DNA of 63,697 bases, counting the filler, from Bigelowiella natans CCMP2755 (taxonomy: Eukaryota > Protista > Cercozoa), in assembly GCA_000320545.1 (NCBI GenBank). It is 6 parts of 6 records of this genome, joined end to end, with 100 filler letters (N's around TTAATTAATTAA, not from the genome) between each part and the next. Parts side by side here need not be neighbours in the genome. Positions count along the whole stretch, not along the records: positions 44,358 to 59,132 come from ADNK01001170.1; positions 59,233 to 63,697 come from ADNK01001365.1; 4 more parts are not named here. One strand, given 5' to 3'. Shown here one piece after another: positions 56,360-63,697 of this stretch. The notes below the pieces were generated by a model, which worked only from the letters and a program-made list of their open reading frames with translations, searched no databases and was not told the origin of the DNA. The number at the start of each line of letters is the position of its first letter. The stretch's first letter is position 1. A program made the translations under genes and the position numbers.

Positions 56360-57600
56360 CACTCTCCGCCAACCCCAACTGGCCAACCCCAACCCTGATC
56401 CCAACCCCAAGCCCGCCTTCTCATGCGAGGGCCTCGGTGAGTGGTGTGCGGCATCAATGAATGAGAGCTGCGCACGATGGAGCAGCGAAAGGGTGGAAAG
56501 AAAAAGAGCAACAAATCCAAGGGCTTCACCATGCAAGTCGTCCGGCAGTGGGCCAAAGCGGAAGGTTGTTGCAGTCGTTTGCGTGTTTTTTGCTTTCCAG
56601 TTCTCCAGTTCTCACTCCTCGCTGCACTTTTTGCAAGCGAACGTGATGAGCCAGGAATCTCTGAAGGCAAAGCGGAGGATGCTCAGCACTCCCGCTTCAC
56701 GTGCGTGAAAACGTGAACCCAATCACTTTGCGTGCGTTCTCTGCGCGCAAGCAATTTTTGTTTTCACAAAATGCACTTTTCATGAAAGATTGTGTGCAGA
56801 CATGTCACTGTGACATTCATGCACACCACGCACGTGACATCGTGTGACGTGAGATTGACATCCGTGCCACGCACAGGTGCACGAGCACGACTTGCAAGCG
56901 CCAGCACTCCCAAGCATCCTCACGAGTTCCTTTGGCTCTGTGTCGCTTGGAAGTCAACTCTCACGGCCGGCCAATTTCTCCAAGGCACCCAAAGTTCAAA
57001 GCCATGTTGGCCTCAACACCACCCGTTTGCAATGCCAAAGCTGCAACTCTCTTGAAATCGGGCAATGACAACTCACTGACTTCCTGCAGGAGGAGAAGCT
57101 TCCCCCCGCGAACCTGCAGACTCCGAGGAAGCCATCGGCCTTGATGCCGATCCCCCAAAGCCAAATCGGCTTTCATCCCCGACTTGCCCATCGTTCGATG
57201 AACTCAGATCCTTGATTCCAACTTTTTCTTGTCAAAGGTGGGACTCCAAGCTTCACACTGAGGCTCTTCCGCGTTTGATCGAGCATTGAACATTGAACAT
57301 TGAACATTGAACATTGAAAAAAACACTGATCAAAACTGCACGCGCCAGAACCACACGGAAGACAGGCACGTGCACGCAGCAGAGCCTCAACAAACACCAT
57401 TGCAAGGACTTGTCGCCACAGAGTTGACACCAAAAAAAACGTGTGCAAGAACCACGTGGAAGACACACATTGGCACGAAGCTATGACTTCAAACAAAAAT
57501 CATTGAACATTTTGTCATTGAAAAATGCATTGATGCAAAAACTGCACGAGCACGAACCACATGGGAGACAAGCGCAAACACGTTGCGAGGACGTTGATCA
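55140..57600. mobile_element. Decayed repeat/TE-like block with degenerate telomere-like hexamers, nearly TpA-free
   Basis: About 7 TA in ~2.46 kb by manual count; contains repeat-family copies 3-4 and TTAGGG-like tracts. Confidence 0.55.
55856..56414. repeat. Degenerate interstitial telomere-like repeats (TTGGGG/TCAGGG on +, then CCCCAA/CCCTGA)
   Basis: ttggggttgggg, tcagag tcagaa ttgggg tcaggc tcagga; tcagga tcaggg ttgtgg; and the opposite orientation ccccaa ccctga tcccaa ccccaa at 56370-56414. Confidence 0.7.
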
Positions 57601-57769
57601 GAGCAGTGCCCATTGCTTTCAGTGGAAACGCCATGGGATATTCAGATGCGACATGGCATCGCCGCTATCTTTTCTAGTTTTGAGGCTTCAAACAAATTTT
57701 AAAAAAAAATATATTGCATTTGGTATGTCGTAGCATAAAAATGGATTTATTTTCAATTTTTGGCGAAAA

Positions 57770-58348
57770 ATGACAGAAAGTGTACGAGCATTCTCACGTC
57801 TGAGCCACACGTCGTCGTCGCCGTCACCGTCACCGTCGTCTGTACGTCTCCCCCCCCTCCCCCTTCAGACGGACATGCCCACCCACAAAAATGCTGCGCC
57901 GAAAAATGATTCAGCTTCACAGAAAGCTGTTGAGCAGAAGAAAGGCGGTAGGCCTCTTTGCACCGTCAAATGAATGTTCATCCAGCAGGGGAAGGAGTGG
58001 CGAGGAAGGGGGGGGCAGAGATTTGCCCGCAGCTAGTCTGAAGGCAGGTCGAGACGCCTCCGGCCTTCCGCGGTCATACCAGTCATCCAAGAGGACCAGG
58101 ATGATCTGGCGTCTGTGGATCGACAAATCTGCGAAAATAACAAGAAAGAATATGATGATGCCCTGCCGTTTGCCGTTTTCCAAGCGCTCGCAGTGTTCCT
58201 CTCATGAGATCCCTTCGTCCATTCGTATGTTTTTCGCAGTGTCTTCGCTTTTACCAAAAGAGCTAAAGGGAGAAGGAGATACATCGAGACAATGGGTCGG
58301 GACTATATCCACGTGATTGATGATGAATGATAATATATGCTGAACTAC

Positions 58349-58425
<77 letters not shown>

Positions 58426-59071
58426 TGTAAAATACAGGAGAATGAGAACGATGTACTGGTGATCCCTAAATTCGAGCAAAATCCAAACAAGTTTGTCCAG
58501 CTCATCCCCACCTTCCCCACTATCACTCCGGGAATAGACGGAAACCCTACCGGGGCGGACCCAACATTCGTGGTACTACGAATGAACACGTTCTTAGAAA
58601 GCTTTTATGAGCATCTTTTTCTTCTCTCTCCCTCTCTCTCTCTGTCTCTGTCTTTCTCTCTCTCTCTCTCTCTCCCTCTCTCCCTCTCTCCCTCTCCCTC
58701 CTCCCCCCCCCTCTCTCTCTGTCCAGATTCAAGCTTCGCTCTATGGGGGATGGTGGATCCGAGTCCGCAAAAAAACCACAAGAAGCGCCCTTCAAATGCA
58801 TATGAAAAGTAGCATAAGCAGTAGTAGACAACAAATGATGACATACGAGACACAATAGGTTAACATATAAGATATATATATATATATATATATATATAAA
58901 TTATTTTACATAGAGTTAAGTATTCATCTACAATCAGGAATAGAAGCGAAAAAGAGCGGTGCGGTGTACGTAGCTATCCCACAGTCCCTCCTACAAAGCG
59001 ACGTGATGACGCTGCTGGGGAAGGAGGCCGGCTATAAGTTCTACACGCACAACGAGGAGAGGGAGGAGATG
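57770..59071 (+). CDS. 5' part of a probable NUDT6-like Nudix hydrolase (pre-Nudix domain), truncated by linker
   Basis: SLYGGWWIRV...GAVYVAIPQSLLQSDVMTLLGKEAGYKFYTHNEEREEM resembles the pre-Nudix N-terminal domain; the Nudix box is not reached. Confidence 0.5.
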
Positions 59072-59132
59072 GTAGTAGCCCTCTGTTTCTTGGGATGTGA
59101 CTGTTGGCCTCGTAGCTGCTATCAAGAGTAGT

Positions 59133-59232
59133 NNNNNNNNNNNNNNNNNNNNNNNNNNNNNNNNNNNNNNNNNNNNTTAATTAATTAANNNNNNNNNNNN
59201 NNNNNNNNNNNNNNNNNNNNNNNNNNNNNNNN
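59133..59232. other. Artificial contig linker
   Basis: N-TTAATTAATTAA-N, 100 bp. Confidence 0.97.
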
Positions 59233-59293
59233 TTGGATTCTGGATTCGGGGGCATGGAATCGAGGCAAAGCACTCGAGCGGTAGACTTTTCAG

Positions 59294-60243
59294 CCATGAT
59301 TTCCTGATTATCAAACAATTCCGGTGAGCGAAAATTCCTACGAACACATTGAACACATGCATTAAATTATTAATTTCCACCGTCTCGTCGTAGCGAGTCC
59401 GATTTCACTTTCCGAATCAACGTGCCCCCTCCCCCGTTTTTTACGGAAGAGGGTCTTTTCTGTCTCTTAACTGTCGAAAAGCGTTCCCCTGTTGTGGGGT
59501 GGGGGGGGTATGAAAGGGTATTGGTTCGATGCGACCAGCATCAGCGAAAGGGTTTGTGTAAAGGTGCGCTCTTTCGTGTGTGAATGGCCCCAGGTATTGC
59601 GATATCCACTTCCATGCCGCAACCGGGCAGCTACTGGTGCTTTTCCGTCTCTGGCGGCTTGGGCGAGTTTGCCACGGCGTGCTGACTGCTCAGAGGGAGA
59701 TCTTGGAGCGACAGGTGCCGAGAAGCCCCGTTTCAACTTGGGCGACCGCACGTTCCGCATGTCAATTCGAATGACACAGCCGTGCAGTTTCACGGGGGCG
59801 GCTGGGCGGTGGGGCACGCTTGCGCGGGGCGTGAGTTTCACGCTCATCCGCTTCTTTGCCGTCTTCTCTAGAGCTCTTTCTAATGCCTCTTCTGTTTCGA
59901 CCACGCCGTTCGCGATGAAGCGAGCGACCTGAGCGCATCCGTTCTCCCCTCCCCACACCCCTATGTTCTTGTGTGGGTTTGTGTGTGTGCGCGCGCGCTT
60001 GTGCCTGTGTTTGTTCGTTGCTGTGATAACCGGGCGTGTGTTCAGATACACGCGTTGGAGCATCAGACAGCGAGGCTAAGGTACGAGCTGAGTGTGCAGA
60101 AAAGCCATCGAAGCGGCTTGCGCGACAAGCCTCGAGTGGGATTTACCAACCCCCAGGACAACGGCAAGAAGAGTATGAAGACCCGGCGCGGGAAAGGGGG
60201 CAGGACCAGGGGCTTTTGGCCTTGGGGGGGGGGGGTTGAATGA
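59294..60243 (+). CDS. 3' part of a voltage-gated proton channel (Hv1)-like protein
   Basis: GYWFDA (S3-like), GQLLVLFRLWRLGRVCHGV (RxWRxxR S4 signature), followed by coiled-coil-like QREILERQ|IHALEHQTARLRYEL and no pore domain. Confidence 0.65.
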
Positions 60244-60879
60244 GACACGATGGCAAACGATGAAGAAGATTGAGATGATGATGCGTTCGTAGTAATGACT
60301 AAGAGCGAGGGGGGTGCACCGACACGCCTTCTAGCATTGTTACTACTAGGCTGTTATGCCATTGCAATAGATGATGGCACGCGAAGGACATATATGTATG
60401 AATTACATATTTTCTTCAATGGTCAGCCTATTGTAGCGGATATGATTTCATAAAGATAGCGCAGTAGTAATGCATATAAGCTATGAATTCCTTACAATAC
60501 CCTAGATACCGTTTGTGTTACCACGATGGCTGAAACTTTTATTATAACTGCAGCTGTACAAGGCTTTGACAACTGATATGTTAATTGGCCCTTCCATCGC
60601 TAGCCTTGCACAGCATGCTAGCATGCAGTAGGCGCGCTGCTGCAGCGAGCCCATAAACAAACGCATATGCAGCATTTTGCGTCGCATCACACTAGCATGT
60701 CTAGATGTGCTTGTAGGAAGTGGGTGTTGTGACTGGCGGCCTAAGCTCTCAAAACTATTACATGCTTGACTAGTTGACTAATTGCAAGACGGGTACGTAG
60801 CTACACGCCTGCTTGCTAGCTTGATGGTCAACCAGTTGCATGGTAAATTTGTGATTGCAGCATCATAGCCTTCTCTCCT

Positions 60880-60953
<74 letters not shown>

Positions 60954-61112
60954 AGTGTGTTGTAAATATACAGATGTGAATATATGCGTGGCTTGTTCCC
61001 CCAACAATTCTGCCATAAGAAGTGAAAGCATAGCACAAGCAGAAGCGATACGAGACATGAAACTCAACTGCTCAGAGGTCATCGCTAAGATCGCTGATCA
61101 TCGATTACATAT

Positions 61113-62437
61113 TCAACTTGTCACATCGGAGAAGTCGCCAAACCCATTGGAACCTTGCTCCCCATCCTCCCCGGTGGGTGAGCTCTTCGCTGCCCTCGCA
61201 CTCGAGCTGTAGGCGCCGCCTATCTTGGCCTCGGATATCTGCATCAACTCCTCGATGATGGATTTCACGCCGGCTCCTAATTGCGCGCGAGCGGCGCGCA
61301 GGAGAGTGTAAATGCGTGGAATGCCTCATGGTTGACAGAACTGAACGAGTTTCACATCTCTCTCTGGCCTACGCCCCCAGGCCGTCTCTCGTTTTTATCT
61401 TCATTCTACACGTGGCAAACACAGCGACTCTCTTCCTCCTTTTACACAACGGCCAAAACGCAAGTGCGACTGGGAAACGACATGCTTTGGAACCCCCCCG
61501 TCCTCTTCTTCTCTCCCTATGAGCACTACCTGTCTTTGCGCTAGCCATGAAGATCTGTGGAATGCAAAGAGGGCAATATGGAGAGTAAAGGAGGGAGAGA
61601 GTAGGTGATCAGCAAGAAAACCGCGAAACGGATGGAGAAACACCCGGAAATTTAATACACGAGATGTGATATTCATGCAAGTGTTCGGCGTGGGGAAATG
61701 ATGCATGTGTGACTGGAACCTAGCGAGCAAGGTAGAGAGGAGAGAGACAGAGAGAGAGGGGGGGAGAGGGGGGGGGGGATATTACCAAGAAAGAGTTCTA
61801 AATTGTCCTCGACGCAAGCGACGATGAAAAAACGCCCCCCCGGTGAACGACAAGGTGGTAGGATATGTAACGATGCGATGGGGGGAAGTTTGAAACGCTA
61901 ATTGCTCCTGAAGTTATTCGCACGGCATTTCGGCCAAGATGCAGTCCCAATCCAATAGTCAAATAGACCCCCTCCAAACCCCCCCTCCCCCCCCCCCCCT
62001 TCCCCCGGTGTTCGCGGTAAGTTTAGTAGAAGCAATGCTACCGCAGGAATCGCATATTCGAATGTTTCCAACTCCTTGCTCACATGCCACCAGCGCCTGA
62101 TTGTTGTTGATATTGCCTTTATTGCTGATGATGATGATGATGTCGTTGTTGTTGGTGCTGCTGCTGCTCTTGTTGTGCGACTATCTTTATCATCCGTGGC
62201 GGCCCAAAAACAAATGACGAACTTCATCAACCACACAAATACATATGAGCAATTTACTTCTCCGCATTTGCTAGCCCTGCGACGACTACATACCGGCTAA
62301 ACACTTCCCCCCACCCCCCCCCGCCCTCTCTCTCTCTCTCAATGTGCGGTGACTGCTGCTGCTGCTGCTGCTGCGGTTGCGGCGTACTGTGCGAGCTCTT
62401 TCGGAAACACCATGTCCGTCTTCGACATCACGGCCTG

Positions 62438-62488
<51 letters not shown>

Positions 62489-63306
62489 ACCACACGAACG
62501 AGTTCAGCCAAACAGCGTGCGGCGAGAGATATTGAGTGATTCTTCAGGTGTTGGTGTGGGTGTGGGTGTGAATGCGTGCGTGCGTGTTTGGATGAGATAC
62601 ACGCACACCGAATCTACGAATCGAGTATGCAAATCTCTTAGGATGTCTGCCGTATGATCCCCCCCCCCTTTCTTTCAGCGGATCTACCCATTCACCTGGA
62701 AGGGCTGCCTATGATCTTCCAGCATCATCATCATCTCACGGTCGCTCTGCGAAGAAAGGCGCGAGGAGGCATTGCCGCGTAATTACATTATTGAAAAAAA
62801 AGAAAACGCTCCAGCACGCACAGAAGAGACATCGGCGGCGCAGTCTCTAGCTATCTGATGGGAAAGAAGCATTTCCGACCTGCTTTATCCCATGCCTCGC
62901 ATCAAGGACAACGAAGACTCGATCCAGGCCCTCCCGCTCTACCATGCACGATTCGCGGTGGCAGGGTTGCCAGAACGGGTTGTAGGTTAGCGAGAAGAAG
63001 GCAAGCCCGGGAAAAAGGAGAAAGAAAAAATTGCGTGTTAGTGCTGCCTATGATCGATGGGTTGAGAAGAGATTCACCAGCATGCTGCAAGGACAGGAGG
63101 GCGACAGATGCGAAGAACCGAAAATCGCCGCGGCTGATACCCACGAGCGCATGCCTCGCGTGATAATGCATTGCCCTGTTTTCCAAAATGCAATCTGGGC
63201 GCTTTTTTACCGGTCAAGTATCTATCCACAAGGTCGTTCCATTCTCTCACGTCCTTTTCACTCGCGTGCGCGAACCCGTAGCTGCGTGTGAGTATTGTGT
63301 GTATGC

Positions 63307-63343
<37 letters not shown>

Positions 63344-63552
63344 TGCGCTCGCGCGCGCGTTTTTTGTATATTATACATGTGTTTAGATCGGCTGATCAGG
63401 ATAAAGCCTACCCCGGCAGGTCTACGAGAACCATTCGCTCAGGTCTCCGTAACGTGTAGAAGTTGAGCGATTGGGTGTGCCCAGGCGTGTTGGCGCTCCT
63501 CGCTGTGCATGTAAGCGATAAGGCGTTCACCAGAGCTGACTTACCGACGTTG
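61113..63552 (-). CDS. engB: EngB/YihA/YsxC-family GTPase (5' end beyond window)
   Basis: G1 SNVGKSALVNAL, G2 PGHTQSLNFY, G3 LVDLPG, RVFVVLDARHGIKQ|SDREM, G4 PFQ|AVMSKTD, GAGVKSI. Confidence 0.9.
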
Positions 63553-63560
63553 CTGATTTG

Positions 63561-63599
<39 letters not shown>

Positions 63600-63697
63600 G
63601 AGGGAGGGAGGAGAAGAAAGGAAAGGGAGGGAGAGGAGGACGTACTGTTGTTTGTTTTGTTTTCGTTCCTTACCTAAGTAAAGGGGTAGGGGGGGGT

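Noticed and set aside
55140-57500. Dense overlapping Cys/His-rich ORFs in all six frames
   Set aside because: Loss of TA removes TAA/TAG stops and Tyr codons, which inflates ORF length. No recognisable protein or transposase motif.
52691-57592. Possible CRISPR-like array from recurring repeats
   Set aside because: The copies are long (~120 bp), diverged and irregularly spaced, with no cas genes, in a eukaryotic context.
52200-57600. CpG-methylation decay or fungal-type RIP as the cause of CA/TG richness
   Set aside because: CpG remains common and TpA is lost rather than gained; the telomere-like hexamers favour TA as the ancestral state.
10949-59232. Recurrent TTAATTAATTAA palindrome between N runs (five times)
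   Set aside because: Artificial contig-joining linker. Gene neighbourhoods across it have no biological meaning.

Overview
Eukaryotic, intron-rich protist DNA. It is probably an alga with a complex plastid: IspE and TadA carry signal-peptide leaders, and a chlorarachniophyte-like identity is a guess. The window is six contigs joined by artificial 100-bp N/TTAATTAATTAA/N linkers, so genes at the linkers are truncated. Nearly all ORF-track entries are intron or microsatellite artefacts. By manually splicing exons I recognise IspE, tRNA-Pro(AGG), Mic60/mitofilin, a DUF4432-like 3' end, a peroxisomal multifunctional enzyme with PTS2, PNKP with an atypical N-terminal domain, ASCC3, an RRM/low-complexity protein, TadA, TMEM184, SLC26/SulP, exportin-7-like, an AlkB-like oxygenase, a response regulator, a Nudix-like gene, an Hv1-like channel and an EngB GTPase. 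The most striking signal is non-genic. Two repeat-derived blocks (about 52.2-53.55 kb and 55.1-57.6 kb) are almost free of the dinucleotide TpA, with none in about 1.4 kb. Telomere-like hexamers there read TTGGGG/TCAGGG, and sister repeat copies differ by TA/CA/TG at the same sites. This looks like a repeat-targeted TpA->TpG/CpA hypermutation, opposite in direction to fungal RIP. A weaker CTAG-rich version appears in the tail-to-tail gene spacers.
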